Source of the DNA: Eledone cirrhosa
Lineage: Eukaryota
Direction of reading: 5' to 3'
DNA: 64,000 nucleotides
Assembly: GCA_964016885.1 (NCBI GenBank)
Contig: OZ024740.1
Coordinates: 398,102,001-398,166,000 of the forward strand
Shown here one piece after another: positions 41,224-61,147 of this stretch (the stretch's first letter is position 1; each line of letters opens with the position of its first letter). Below the pieces are notes generated by a model, which was not told the origin of the DNA, did not search any database, and saw only the letters and a list, made by a program, of their open reading frames with translations. The position numbers and the translations under genes were made by a program.

Positions 41224-41842
41224 AATTAGTATATCTACCAACATATGTATACAGATGCATACCTATGTTAGCAAATATATATATTTTGTCTTAGTAACTT
41301 TGTGGTTCTATGCAAGGGGATGCAGAACAATTATATGAAAGACGTAAATAAGAAAGTTATGAAAATTGACTTACTTACTAAAATTTCACTCCAACTCTGT
41401 ATACATATGTTGGTAGATATACTAATTCTTTATAATTATCTCCAAATTATTTGTTGAGCAAAACTTGCCGAAATTACTACTGTGATTAATAGTAGTGGCT
41501 AGGCTCTGTCTTAATAGCACCCCCACTCCTCGCTGATTAACCTCAGTGTCACGTGATAGATTCTTTTGAATTTGCCACTTGACCAAGTAGGCAGTGAATT
41601 TTTCAATGTCTTGGAATCTAGCCCCGCTCGCTTTTTTCCATCCACTGAATTATTTTTATATAAGTTCCCAGTGTCCCCGCATTGCCTGGAAGCTTAGCTG
41701 AGAATAGACTCCCTGATGACGTAAGGCTTCTCTATGGATACGCTCCGTAACCATATTTATCCCCTTACAGAAACTAATTAGTTGGAGTGAAATTTTAGTA
41801 AGTAAGTCAATCTTCATAACTTTCTTATTTACGTCTTTCATA
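41215..41842 (+). mobile_element. PLE-type remnant with two nested inverted segments
   Basis: 41221-41255 is the reverse complement of 41396-41430. 41333-41396 is the reverse complement of 41780-41843. Confidence 0.7.
41708..41788 (+). ncRNA. Type I hammerhead ribozyme
   Basis: ACTCC-CTGATGA-C-GTAAGG...CCTTAC-A-GAA-ACTAATTAGT-T-GGAGT. Palindromic stem III, GUU site, C.A mismatch at 10.1/11.1. Confidence 0.72.
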
Positions 41843-41884
41843 TATATATATCTATATCTATATATATATATATATATATATATA

Positions 41885-42244
41885 TAACGGAGGAGTTGTG
41901 GTAAGGAACCAGATGGAGCATAAAGCGCCAGAGTACTCAATACTTAGGGTAGTAGAGTGGGTAATAGGGAAAGTATGGGGTCATACTTTCTCCTATTACC
42001 CACTCTACAGCCCTAAGTATTGAGTACTCTGGTGCGTTATGGTCCATCTGGTTCCTTATCACAACTCCTCCGTTAGCTAGCTCCTACCCCAGTTGTAGAG
42101 CACTTTCCGACCCTACCACGCCATATCCTGACTTTTCCATCCAGCTCAAGTTTCGTTACCCTCATCCATGCGAAAACACAATATCGACTTCTCTACCAAG
42201 AACATCCCAATTCCACCGAGAATAGGGGTCATACTTTCTCCTAT
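41885..42244. repeat. Fold-back (about 93-bp arms) in (TA)n with a terminal 20-bp direct repeat
   Basis: 41885-41977 is approximately the reverse complement of 41982-42075. GGGGTCATACTTTCTCCTAT occurs at 41977 and 42225. Confidence 0.75.
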
Positions 42245-42424
42245 ATATATATATATAACTTAAAAAATAAACAGAGGACAAGACAACGAACAGAAACAAA
42301 ACAAAACGAAAAACAATTTTTTTAGGGGAAACCTTAACAAATAATTTTGTGTGGCGTCAGGGAAAACGTGTTGTACCTCATATAGCACGAGAGACAGGAA
42401 TGAAACAAAGAAAAAAAGGAAGAA

Positions 42425-43810
<1,386 letters not shown>

Positions 43811-44495
43811 GAGAGGGGGGGAAGATATAAAGAAGGAAGGAGTAATAGAAAGGAGGGGGGTCAACATGAAGTGTGCTGATAGATATAAACGGGATAAGAT
43901 AGAAATGCTGACTTATAAAAGATTGATTGCAAATATTTTCATCCCATTTTCTCGTCACGGACACACGCACACGCACCTACACACTCACACAGACATACAC
44001 AAACACACACATACACACTCACAAAGACATACACAAACACCCACATACACACTCACACATATACACACTCACACAGATATACACAAACACACACATACAT
44101 ATAATTCGAATGCCATGCCGGTGCGGGATATCAACGAAAACTACTAAATATTAGCAGGGGTTCCTACCGAGGACTGGTTCAGCATATCGTTGTTGTTTTT
44201 TTTAACATATTGAAATGATTATAAGTTAATGAAGACAATGGTATAGAGTATAATATGATATAAAAGATGATCAGAATGTAGCCAACATTATTTCACCCAG
44301 TGTGAGTCAATTAAATATATGGTTATATCTATGGCTCTTCTTTAAACGTTTACGTTGGAAGTTTCACCATCATCATTTTCCTTTTGTCTTCTTTCGTTTG
44401 AATAATTCGTTTGGTGTTTGGTGTTTATACGTGCAAATATTGTTAATCACTTATGTACACAGACACATAAACACGTGTGTGTGTATGTGCATGCG

Positions 44496-44574
<79 letters not shown>

Positions 44575-44575
<1 letters not shown>

Positions 44576-44952
44576 CTTTGCAAGGATTTTTATATGAAAT
44601 CGTGTGTCGAAACAAATATTGTTATACTTGGAGAGGGTCATATTGTTGTAATAATATTGCCAGAAATAATAACAGAACACACTCACTGTTTGGTTGGTTT
44701 TCGCTTCTGTATCTTTTATATCTACATAGTTAATTTATTTGGCAATCAACGTTTATCATTGATTGACCAACTATATATATATAATTATATCTGTATTTTT
44801 AACCGATAGTCAATCAATGATAAAGGTTGATTGCCAAATAAATTAATTATGGAGATATAAAAGATACAAAAGCGAAAACCAACCAAACAGTGAGTGTGTT
44901 CTGTTATTATTTCTGGCATTATTATATCAACAATATGACCCTCCCCAAGTAT

Positions 44953-44958
<6 letters not shown>
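44575..44958. mobile_element. Fold-back of the Neptune-like PLE 3' end (family of 4190 and 55522)
   Basis: 44616-44768 is approximately the reverse complement of 44809-44960. Confidence 0.8.
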
Positions 44959-45010
<52 letters not shown>

Positions 45011-45543
45011 ATAATAATAATTTTGAAGACTAAATCCAAAGAGGGCTCGATAAGGATAAATATATATCAAATATAGAAGAACCGTAGAGCAAATATTTAT
45101 TAAAATAACAGATTAAAGTTTAAGCAAAGAATCGCTGTTTTCACCCTTAATGGGATCTTCTGAAACTAAAAAAATCAATCTGTGAACGCAGAAGTAAATA
45201 TTTCGAAAAACGTTGTAACCGAAGGAAGACAGGAAGACGATACTTTGGTTCGTGGAAACGTTCCCTGGCAAAGAACGGAAATATATATATATATATATAT
45301 TAACCTGATTAGTTCTTTCGTTGTTTTGTTATTGTATGGTTGGGTTTTGCCTACCGCAATTTCCAATTTGTCAAGCTATTTAAACGTATGTTATTAGGAC
45401 CTACCCTTATTGAGTGCTTTGCTACTCATTCCTTATTGTAGGTCGATTTTGCTTAGCCACAGCCAAAGCTTCGATTTTACTAAGCTTGTATGTATAAAGA
45501 GGAAAATGCGAAGTTGAAGATGTTAGGGCCCTTTATTAATTGA

Positions 45544-45594
45544 GCCGTTATACATATTTCAATGACGATAGATATCGTGATTTCTTCAGACAAC
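45544..45594 (-). ncRNA. Minimal type I hammerhead ribozyme
   Basis: Minus strand: GTTGT-CTGAAGA-AATCACGAT..ATCGTCATT-GAA-ATATGTAT-A-ACGGC. Confidence 0.72.
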
Positions 45595-45652
45595 ATTTTC
45601 CTCTTTATTAATAAACTCCGTCATCCTTGTATACCAAATATATATATATATA

Positions 45653-46333
45653 TATAAAATTAAGAAGAGCAAAACAAACAAACATTAAACAATTCTTTAA
45701 AACAAATTCAATAAATGATTTAAATATTTACTCGTTCATAATGCTATTACCGGCGGTTTCGCTTTACAAAAAGTTAGAGATTCGGAGAATTTCTAAGGGA
45801 AAAGTAAAGTTCATCAGATAGCTATTTCCACACAATAGGAACTAGTCCCACAATCTGCAAATATATTGCCAACTACCAGCTAGTATGAGTGAGGTCATTA
45901 AAATGACTCACACATGAACTGGCCACTAGAAAAAGCGGGAATATTACAGACGCGTTGATGGCTATTCTGCTAAAAAAATAGCAGTAAGCAGTAACGACAT
46001 AGATAGGAGAATTCGTTGGCAATATATTTGCAGACTTTGGAACTAGTTCCTATTGTGTGGAAATAGCTATCTGGTGAACTTTACTTTTCCCTTAGAAATT
46101 CTCCAAATCTCTAACCTTTTGTAAATCGAAACCGCCGGTAATAGCATTATGTCCGAGTAAATATTTAAATCATTTTTTGAATATTTTTTAAAGAATTGTT
46201 TAATGTTTGTTTGTTCTGCTCTTCTTAAATTTTATAGTTCTGGTATCTCGAATTAGTACCATTGAACACCAATTATATTATAGACACACTATATATCTCT
46301 ATGGGTACTTAGTACTCAGGGAGATATTTACCT

Positions 46334-46340
<7 letters not shown>
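45653..46340. repeat. Fold-back with about 220-bp arms in (TA)n
   Basis: 45653-45873 is approximately the reverse complement of 46015-46236. Confidence 0.8.
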
Positions 46341-46376
<36 letters not shown>

Positions 46377-46444
46377 TATATATATGCACACACACATATA
46401 CGCATATATATGCATATATATATATATATATATATAAATGTGTG

Positions 46445-46477
<33 letters not shown>

Positions 46478-46669
46478 TATATATCTCTCTCTCTCTATAT
46501 ATATATAGAGAGAGAGAGAGAGATTTTGAGTTTATGTTGGTTGTATACCAACACCTCAGTATGCAGGCTGGAGCACTCGACGAAGTGCGCAGGTTGGTTT
46601 GGTTACTCCGGAGTAGTGTAAAATAAAGTTAAATAAAAGTCAAATGATTAAAATTTAGCTTCGTTTATT

Positions 46670-46724
46670 ACTGCTGTATATACTTCAGTGACAGCCATCT
46701 TTGGCTGTGACCTCTTCAGGCAGT
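46670..46724 (-). ncRNA. Hammerhead-like motif with a G15.1-C16.1 core variant
   Basis: Minus strand: ACTGC-CTGAAGA-GGTCACAGCC..GGCTGTCACT-GAA-GTATATAC-A-GCAGT. Confidence 0.65.
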
Positions 46725-46855
46725 TTGAATTAGTTGAATTAGTATGGTATAGACAAGTACATATGTTGTTTAGGTGTATAATATTGTCAATACTCTGATA
46801 TGCCCAGTTCCTTGTTGGGTTGTTATTTCACTGAGGAACTGGAGTCATATATGAC

Positions 46856-47028
46856 CAGTATCGGTAGAGGGTCGGACGCCATGCTTTGACGCATAGAGTT
46901 ACGGCTCTTTCCATTCTGAGTTCAAATACCGCCGAGGTCAACTTTGCCTTTCATCCTTACGGGGTCGATAAAATAAAGTACCAGTAATGTACTGGGTAAT
47001 TGCTGGCCTTGTGCCAAAAGTAGAAACA
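46856..47028 (+). mobile_element. tRNA-SINE
   Basis: SINE homology; ends GAAACAATTATT. Confidence 0.85.
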
Positions 47029-47349
47029 ATTATTATTTTATTTAGTCAAAAGTTATAACGAAGTTATAACCATACGTACATATAAATATGTGTGCATGTA
47101 TGTATATATATATACATACTACTGTACGTCTGTATACATATATACATACTACTGTACGTCTGTATACATATATGTATGTACGTATACATACTTATATTTA
47201 AGTAACAGCCGTACTAAGAGGGGGAAATGAAATTTCGTTTCATTTTTTCCGTTTATCGTTTTCGGTGCACCCGGCCGATTAACCCACTCGATATGCAGAT
47301 TGGGCTGCTCAGCCGTTAATATGCATAAGGAAAGTATATACTTTCAGAC

Positions 47350-47436
47350 GTTCAACAATCTGGCAGGAAGGTATACGTTGCTGACGATAGCTAATAAGCT
47401 TGAAACTAGTACAGCGTTCCTTTGTCAGTGTTGAAC
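47350..47436 (+). ncRNA. Minimal type I hammerhead ribozyme with a long stem I
   Basis: ACGTTG-CTGACGA-T-AGCT-AATA-AGCT-T-GAA-ACTAGT-A-CAGCGT at 47375-47417. Stem I extends through GTTCAACA/TGTTGAAC. Confidence 0.8.
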
Positions 47437-48416
47437 AAACGAATAACGATGGTTGCTAGACACTACGTCTTAATACGGGATATTTGTTTACAAACACACC
47501 GAGCATTATAATAAATGTTCGGTGAATCCATACGTACATATATATATGTGTGCATGTATGTATATATATATACATACTACTGTACGTCTGTATACATATA
47601 TGTATGTACGTGTATATACTTATAACGAAGTGTCCTATTTCAATTTTCAAACTTCGCTCGCCGCTTTCTAAACATACTTCCCATATGTGTAGAATAGAAG
47701 TTACAGTCACTGCACATATATGTATATAGATTTACACATATTTAATAAATACACATTTAAAAATGCGAAATATACGTATTTCACTGTAAATTGATAAAAA
47801 AGAAAAAAAACACCTTTAGCTGGTTTTCAAGTCTTTGTTGGGCTTTGACCAGAAATTATGCATATCATCTAAACAACCCCTACTATAAAGAAGTATGTAA
47901 TCGAAGGGCTTATATACTATATCACTTATAGGAATATTCTGAAATGGGTGTACTAATTTGCATATTACAAGCGCTCATATTGGTACTTAACTAAGATATA
48001 TATTAGTTGTACGCTAAACAGATAAATTATATCTGTAAGAACCTCGTATCTAGCCAAAAGGTAATAAATTTATTCTTGAATGTTCACCAATTCACAAATT
48101 CTTCAGTATACCCACCATCTTATATCGACATTGCACTTTGTATCTCTTCTTTTTTTCCTTTTATTTCTTCCTTTTTCCAACACCTCTTCTTCCCCCCCCC
48201 CTCATATGCCACCCCCCCATCTGCCCACACACACTCAGCCGTTTACATATTTCTCTATCACCTGCGTCTACTTTCATTTACATTCACAATTTACACTTTT
48301 TTCTTTCTATCTCACCCCAAATTCTATTTCTTCTTCTTTCCACTATATCCTTTTCTGACCTCCCTCTTGTATTTTCTTTTTTCTACCTAAGTTTCTCTAT
48401 CACTACCATCATTATC

Positions 48417-48497
<81 letters not shown>

Positions 48498-48741
48498 CCC
48501 TCTCTCTCTCCCTCCCTCTCTCTATCCATCTCCCTCTCTCTCCTATGTTCTCACTCACTCTCCCCTCATCATCTCTCCACACCTCCTCTTCTTTCCCACT
48601 TTATCTGTGTCTTTCCAACTGCCTCTCTCAGTCCATCATTCTGTCATTCTATCTTCCATCTCTCAGTCCATTCCTTCGGTATTTTCTCTCTCCCTATCTC
48701 CCCTTCTCCCTCGCTCTCCCTTTTTCTTTCATTCTTTCATT

Positions 48742-48917
48742 AGGCAGTATCGGTAGAGGGTCGGACGCCATGCATTGACGCATAGAGTTACGTCCCTTTA
48801 CGATCTGAGATCAAATCCCGCCGAGGTTAACTTTGCATTTCATCCTGTCGGGGTCGATGAAATAAAGTACCAGTAATGTACTGGGTAATGGCTGGCCTTG
48901 TGCCAATAGTAGAAACA
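48742..48917 (+). mobile_element. tRNA-SINE
   Basis: SINE homology; 3' end GGCCTTGTGCCAATAGTAGAAACAATTAT. Confidence 0.85.
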
Positions 48918-49069
48918 ATTATATATCTATTTATTTCCCCATCTCTCTCATCCCGTCATATTTCCCCCTTCTCTCTCTCTCTTTCTCACCCCGCCATATT
49001 TTCCCTCTCTCACTCTCTCTCTTATCCCGTCATATCTTTCCTTTCCTCTCTCTCTCTCATCCCGCCATA

Positions 49070-49152
<83 letters not shown>

Positions 49153-49692
49153 TATCTCTCTATCTCTCTCTCTCTCTTCTCTCTCATCCCATCATATTTT
49201 TCCCTCTCACAACCTCCCAAACTTATTTTCCTTTTCGGCTTTATTGCTAGTTCTTTTCTTATTCTTTATCCTCAATCCTATCCCCCACTCCGCCATCTCC
49301 ATAATTTCAACGTCGAGGTGAAATTCCGTCAGTATAGTGCCTCTATAAAATCATCCGAAATATCAACACTTGATATTGGCGTTGAACGAAGAATGCCAAG
49401 AGAATAGAATTAAAATAGCAACAGTAACAACAACAGTAACAACAACAAAGACTACTGCATCAGTAACAACAACAGTAACAGTAACAACAACAGCAACAGT
49501 AACAACAACAAAGACTACTACTGCAGCAACCTCAGCAGTAACAACAACAGCAGCAGCAGCAACAAATATTACCACAGCAGCAACAACAGCAGCAACAGCA
49601 ACTAATATTACCACAACAACAACAGCAACAGCACCGCCATAAACAATATAACAACATCAACAACACTAACAGAACAACAATAATATAACCTA

Positions 49693-50091
49693 CAAGTGTT
49701 AGCTGAAAAGTTCGTAGGCTGACCAAGATACTCTCATGGAATGAATAAATGAGGTTTATTTTTCAACATAGTCCCAGAAAAGAAACAACGCAGTCATTAT
49801 TAATAAGAAGGGCGGTGGATTGGCAGTATCGGTAGAGGGTCGGACGCCATGCTTTCCAGCATAGTTACGTCCCTTTACGATCTGAGATCAAATCCCGCCG
49901 AGGTTGACTTTGCCTTTCATCCTTACGGGGTCGATAAAATAAAGTACCAGTAATGCACTGGGTAATTGCTGGCCTTGTGCCTAAAGTAGAAACAATTATT
50001 AATAAGAAGAGTTGAAATTAAAGCATCAAGATTCCATAGGTCTAGCATCATTCCTTCATAGTCAGCCTATGAACCTTTCAGCCCACCCTCG
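49693..50091. mobile_element. Mariner-type MITE with a nested SINE (49811-49994)
   Basis: TIRs CAAGTGTTAGCTGAAAAGTTCGTAGGCTGAC / GTCAGCCTATGAACCTTTCAGCCCACCCTCG with TA on both sides. SINE TSD is ATTATTAATAAGAAG. Confidence 0.72.
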
Positions 50092-50949
50092 TACCCCAAA
50101 AAGAACAATTGGAGGGCAGGTTTCTTAGTTATAAGGTCATGAAATATGGATGTTTTAATGTCATCATTCAACCTGCTAAAAGGAGAGGCTGAATCTTCCT
50201 TAAATAGAACACTGTCGTCCTAGAAAAGACCACGTTGGATAATATAATTTTAAGTTTTATTTGGGGAAAAGACGGAATGGTCATGGCTTAAATGCCTTTC
50301 ATTGTACCTCTGTTTGATTAAGGATGAACTGGGCAAAACAACAATAACTTCATCTCTGTGAAGCTGCTCACTTCCTATAGTGTTCAATATTGTAAAAGTA
50401 CTGCTCCCATACGAACCAAAGAAGGGACCACAAGGCAACGAGAAGGTATTTACATAATCACTCGACCTACTACAAATAGTAGTCAAATTTCATCTTAAAA
50501 AATAACAAGATGGATACTGTGTTTCTGGGTTCCCAACACAAAGGAAAAGGATGGGATGGTCACGACTAGAATGCCTTTTACCATAGATCTGTTCGATCAA
50601 GTTTGACTTAGAGATAAGCATAACAATAACCGCTCTCACATATGAGACTGGGCTGCTGCTACACATATAAACATACTAGACTGAATCCACGAGAAAGTCA
50701 TCTGACTGATTCACAAAGACTCACCAATACACTTCAATACCAACCCACAAAGCCTGCCTTTTCTACTGACATTACTCGGATCTCTGCTTCTCGTATCTAC
50801 GTAGTAGCATATTAACTCTGCAGAGGCACACATGAAACACCCATCATATCCCCCATCGTCACTCACAATGTGTCTCGTTCCCCCATCCCCATCCAGGCCT
50901 CACACTAAGCACTTTTCCCAAGTATGTCTCTCCAAGTCATCAACCTCAG

Positions 50950-51545
50950 CCGACTGGACTATTGCTTTCAGTTGTGGTCGCCCCACAGTGTCAAACTAAC
51001 CACATAATTTGAAGCAATCCAACGAAGCTACACCAAGAGTATTGCCTCAATGGAGATGAGCTACTGAGAGAGGCTGAAAGAACTAAAGTTCTACTCCCTA
51101 GAACGAAGCCGAAGGAGATACGCTGTAATATACATATGGAAGATCTTGGAAGGACTAGCACCAAAAGTTGGTATTGAGGGCTGGAGTAAACCTCGAACAG
51201 TACGCAACTATGTAATGCCAAAGGTACCATCCTTCCCCAGTAGGGACCAGATACTGAAAAAGCCTGGAGTTCAAAGGCCACCGTCTCTTTAATAAGCTGC
51301 CAAATACCTGAGCGATCTACATGGTGGGGATGTAGATGTTTTCAAGAAACATCTCGACATTCTGTTAACAAAGATCACAGATGAACCCACAGCACGAGAC
51401 AAAGTACAAATAAGGGCAGCAGAGACAAACTCCCTCTTACATCAATGGTCAACGAAGGAAGGCTTGGCTATAAAAGTGTAGCGGCAAAGGCGGTGCCCCA
51501 GCATGGCCTCAGCCAGTCGGCTGGAACAGGTAAAAGAGTAACCGA
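50950..51545 (+). mobile_element. CR1-clade LINE 3' relic
   Basis: Translates across breaks to ..QLWSPH..EAIQRSYTK..SY*ERLKELKFYSLERSRRRYAVIYIWKILEGL, typical of the CR1 ORF2 C-terminus. Confidence 0.75.
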
Positions 51546-51835
51546 GTATATATATCTAAATAAGTACGTGTGTGTTTGTGTGCATGCGTGTACGCACGTG
51601 TATGTGTAAACGTGTGTACGCCTACATATTCGTGAAAACCAAAACAGGTGTAGAAATGCATAAACACACGTGAAGACGACATCTCTCGACCAATCAATCA
51701 AACGGTCTGTCTAGGTAGTAGGTTATATGTCAAACTGGATAGATAAATCGATGGATTGATAAATAGATATATTCTCTGAATATAATACGAAAGTTTATGT
51801 GCGGCTATCTCTCTCTCTCTCTCTCTCTATCTCTA

Positions 51836-51901
<66 letters not shown>

Positions 51902-51921
51902 TCTCTCTATCTCTCACTGTC

Positions 51922-51959
<38 letters not shown>

Positions 51960-52008
51960 TCTCTCTATCTCTCACTGTCTGTTTCTCTCTCTCTCTATCT
52001 CTCTCCCC

Positions 52009-52068
<60 letters not shown>

Positions 52069-52333
52069 AAATTGAGAAGTGATATGCCAGCTGTCAACTT
52101 TGAGAAACACGTAAGTTGAGTGCCATCGTAATTTATTTATTTGTATATTTGGTGTGATTCGGTTGAGGCACTTATAATTGTTTTACACGTTAGAATACTT
52201 TACACTTACAATGAACAAAAGCATAAATATAACAAAGATAGAGAGAGAGGGGGATAAGAGAAGAGTGAGAAAGAGAAACTTTGGATTTTCCATATCACTC
52301 TAAGTCCTTATAACATTTGACACACACACACAC

Positions 52334-52431
<98 letters not shown>

Positions 52432-52437
52432 ATATAC

Positions 52438-52740
52438 GCGGTTAAACTACTGGGAGTGAAGGACCCCTAGCCTTTGTCAGGGCATTCTTCTAGGAGAAGG
52501 CAACTTAGGAAACTGGGATAACTCCGACATAAAACCTGCGGCTCAGTAGTTACCGACGATGTTGATCTTTTCTTCTTTTCGGGTTATAGCTACTGTGGTT
52601 CAGAGAGTGGGATTGGCTCAGTGCACAGTCTTTCCTCACTTTAAAAAATATCTTCACGCACAGGCATTGCACGATAGAATTAATTGATAGTTATTAATAA
52701 TGGTATAACGTACAATGGCCATACTCGATAACGAGGGGCA

Positions 52741-52745
<5 letters not shown>
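52438..52745 (+). repeat. Interspersed repeat (inverse copy of 147-428)
   Basis: Direct visual alignment. Confidence 0.7.
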
Positions 52746-52829
<84 letters not shown>

Positions 52830-52830
<1 letters not shown>

Positions 52831-53113
52831 GATATATTAACAAATGGAAACTATATTTATAAAAGCATATTTATTTCATTATACATATTTCAAGGACACC
52901 AAGTCAAATTATGGTGCGCTTTCATCAGATAAAATATAATATAGATCAGTTTTATAAATAAATATTGACATACCCTTAAAGAATTCGACCATTTCTGTTG
53001 GAAGCTCCCGGATAGTCGATATATCGTATTTTTACTCCAATAATTTGTTGAGTGCTTTATATCAGTTATAAAAATATTTGCTTGTTGTATCCCAACAATT
53101 TAAATAGAACTTC

Positions 53114-53118
<5 letters not shown>
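52830..53118. mobile_element. PLE remnant (family of 25085) with a minus-strand hammerhead at 52873-52935
   Basis: The inverted arm 52830-52985 contains the reverse complement of the 25257 hammerhead. The tail 53021-53118 matches 25355-25450. Confidence 0.78.
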
Positions 53119-53164
<46 letters not shown>

Positions 53165-53809
53165 GTAAGTATGTATGTATACGTACATACATATATGTAT
53201 ACAGCCGTACAGTAGTATGTATACATATATGTAAGTACGTCTGTATACATATATGTATGTACGTATACATACATACATACTTACATTTAAGTAAGTGCCG
53301 TACTAAGAGTGAGAAAAGAAATTTCGTTTCATTCTATTCCATTTATATATATCCATATTTTTCTAAATACATGGATAATTTACCCAAATTTTTCAACTAT
53401 TATTTATAGTGATAAATTCATCTGTACAAACAGTACAAGATTTTTAACCGAATTGTGTATGTAAACACATTTTTAAAATATACGCTTAAGCATCCAAATA
53501 TGTTTTATGTATGTATTTCTCAGTAGATTGAAAAAGCTGAAAAATTTGACTCGAGTTTCAATTTTCATCAGAAACTATCTACATCCTTTACAATGTGAAA
53601 TACAGAACCAGAGGCTTTCTAAATTTATGAGATGGCAGAACTAAATAACTGGGCCTATTAATTTTTATATCATACCACTGCTTACTGTAGTAGTTAATTC
53701 AATTATATATTAAATTCTGCACTAAGCAACTGATGTATACTATAAGTTCATATCTGAAAGATGTAGACAGCGTGTGTGGCACTGTACTACTTATTCATCA
53801 CATTTTCAT

Positions 53810-54343
53810 TTCACCCGATATTGCTAACAAGTATCCTAAATTCCTGAACACCGTAGTAAATGAAGATGAGATGTAGATATAGGAGTATGACACTGTAACC
53901 AAGCCTAGTCATCACTGTGGAAGAATCCAATGTCACCAAGGCCCACAAAAGCACATCAGATGCAAAGCAAAATCAAAGTGATGGTAACTGTTTGCTACGA
54001 CTACCAAGGTGTTCTGCATCGCGAATACACACAAGTAGAACAAACAGTTCGGCTCAGTGGGCCAGACCTGTGAGTCTTGCGAAACTGGCGGCCGTATCAT
54101 GACAATATACCGGCTCATTTGTCACCGCTGATCTAGGGTTTCTTGGCAAAGAAATGCATTTAGCCAGGCTCCTACTCTCCAAATATGAAGAAGTCACTGC
54201 AAGATTCACGTTTTGAAAGCCCAGAAAACATCACGAAGCTGAGTGCCATTCTGGAAGAATCATTCCAGATGTACTTCAAACAGTGCAAGGATCGCTGAGT
54301 TAAGTTTGTTAGGCACAAGGGGGCCCACTTCGAAGAGGATTAA
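53810..54343 (+). pseudogene. Mariner transposase relic
   Basis: FLNTVVNEDEM*I*EYD (cf. TGDETW), WKNPMSPRPTKA..KVMVTV, an HDN-like motif and terminal VRHKGAHFE. Many disruptions. Confidence 0.72.
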
Positions 54344-55420
54344 CAATTTAACGTCACCAAGTACGTAATTGTGTTGCGGCTTAGGGTCGGATACGTTTTC
54401 AATAGAGTTCATATATCTGTATATAGGAAGTTTTTGTTTGTACGTTGATCGCTAATAACACTAAGTAAAATTGATAATAATTAAGGTTTTTCGTGTGTTT
54501 TCAACTAATCTGACCTCCATTATGCTCGCTGTCGACTTATTTTCCGAAAACGAATGAGGGGGGGGGGCATCGAGTTGGGGGAGGATTTACTGCTCTTTCT
54601 AGCACACAGGTACTGTCTGTTCATCCGTCATGCTATCTATATAAAGAGAAGGAGAGACTACTTCACCACCCAATAAAGCCCCCTCCACCTCTCTCTAACT
54701 AAATCTTTTCTAGGTGTTTTCGTTTGTTGTCAACCGATCTGATATCTGACTCACTCTCCAACGATTCCCTTTTCCGAAAACGGAGGCAGCGAGGAAGGGA
54801 GACCCTTGAAATTACAGATAAGTATATTTCAGCCGTTTAAATTTTATAGAAAATCACCCACTGGAGATCGCGAAGAATTTTTTCCCTAGGTTCTTTCGTG
54901 TTTTCAACTATTTTGACTTCCAGCATGCTCGCAATTGCCTTTTGTCCCCTGAAACTGAATTTCTGTATATACAACTGCAGGTTGACGGCCTCCATCTAGA
55001 AGAGGGCTGTTTTTACAGGGTCAATTGTATGTAGGTTGTTTTAGAGTAGGAAGCCTGCACAAACTCTTCATGTATGCTCCAAAGAAAGCTTGCAAGAAAG
55101 ACGGAAGAAGACTTACTCCAACATTTGATTTTAATTTTAAATCTTTAATTTTTAGTTTTTAACTCCTATTAATTCTTTTTAATTTTTATTTCAATACTCA
55201 ACATTTTATAAGATGAATTTTAATAATACATCGAAACCGGTAATACTTTATATACTTTATATACTTTATATATATTATAAAACTTTAAAAAAAAAAGAAT
55301 TGTCCCGCTCATGTTTTCAATAATGATATCTTTTCAATAATGTCACTTTGACGAATCAAAGAAAGGATAAAAAAAGAAAAACAGACCCTTAACTATATTT
55401 TCCGTGCTATTTCCAACTTC

Positions 55421-59916
<4,496 letters not shown>

Positions 59917-59969
59917 ATATAATGAAATGACAGGAGGCTGGATTTGTGTAAATCCTTGAAAGGTTTATT

Positions 59970-60027
59970 ATACTATGATCATTTCAATGACAGGGTTCCG
60001 TATGAATCCGGTGATATCATCAGGTAT
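59970..60027 (-). ncRNA. Minimal type I hammerhead at the end of a minus-strand PLE-like remnant (about 59925-60660)
   Basis: Minus strand: ATAC-CTGATGA-(imperfect stem II)-GAA-ATGATCAT-A-GTAT. Confidence 0.62.
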
Positions 60028-60870
60028 TCGAAATATAATACCTGAATGTAATAGATGAAATCCATGGGGCTGAAAATCGATGACCCGAGAGCGACCGCTA
60101 TCCAGCACCTTCTACCTTAGCCGGTCGCCCTCGAGTGACGTGGCTAAAGCCTACAGTGTGCTACTACCTGTCAGATAAAGGAAAACAGAAAGGGATGGGA
60201 ACATAAGTTAGCCTTAATCTCATGCCACAAGACAAAAGAAAGAAAGGAAGAAGAGAGAAGAAGGGGGAAGGAAGAAGAAGAGAAGCCAGGGTTAATGTCA
60301 GCTATAAGAAGAAAGACAGAAAGAAAGAGGAGGAAAGGTCGGTATTACAGTCAGGCCAGGATTGTCGCGAAGAAATTTTTTTTTTTTTTTTTTTTCATTC
60401 TACGGGACCCGTATCTAAACAACTACTACCGGTCAGATATAGGCAAACAAAAAGGGGAAGGAAGATAAGTCTGCGGGAGGAAGACAGAAAGAAGGGAGAA
60501 GAGAAGGAAGAAAAGGAAGAAGTAGAAAAGTCAGGGTTGATGGCTATAAGAAGGAAGATAGAAAGAAAGAGGAAGAAAGGTCGATATTAATGTCAGACTA
60601 CAGTCAGGCTAGGAGTGGCGCGAGAAAATTTTCACAGGGACCTGTATCTTAGCAGAGGTGAATATAGTGGGGGTCAGTGTGTTATAATGTGTGAGCAGAA
60701 GATTGGAACGTTACTTTTTTGTTTAGACTTATATACATATATACATACAGATATACATACAGATATACATATATATATACATATATATATATGTATATAC
60801 ATATATATATATATACATATATATATATGTATATACATATATATATACATATATATATATATGTATATAC

Positions 60871-61001
<131 letters not shown>

Positions 61002-61017
61002 CATATATATATATATT

Positions 61018-61097
<80 letters not shown>

Positions 61098-61106
61098 TAT
61101 ATATTT

Positions 61107-61147
<41 letters not shown>

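Noticed and set aside
49370-49642. Thr/Ala-rich mucin-like ORF
   Set aside because: It is a degenerate (CAA/CAG)n microsatellite with no splice or gene context.
54480-54960. Weak ~200-bp periodic similarity (TCGTG..TTTTCAACT..TGAC.TCC)
   Set aside because: Too degenerate to define or classify by eye.
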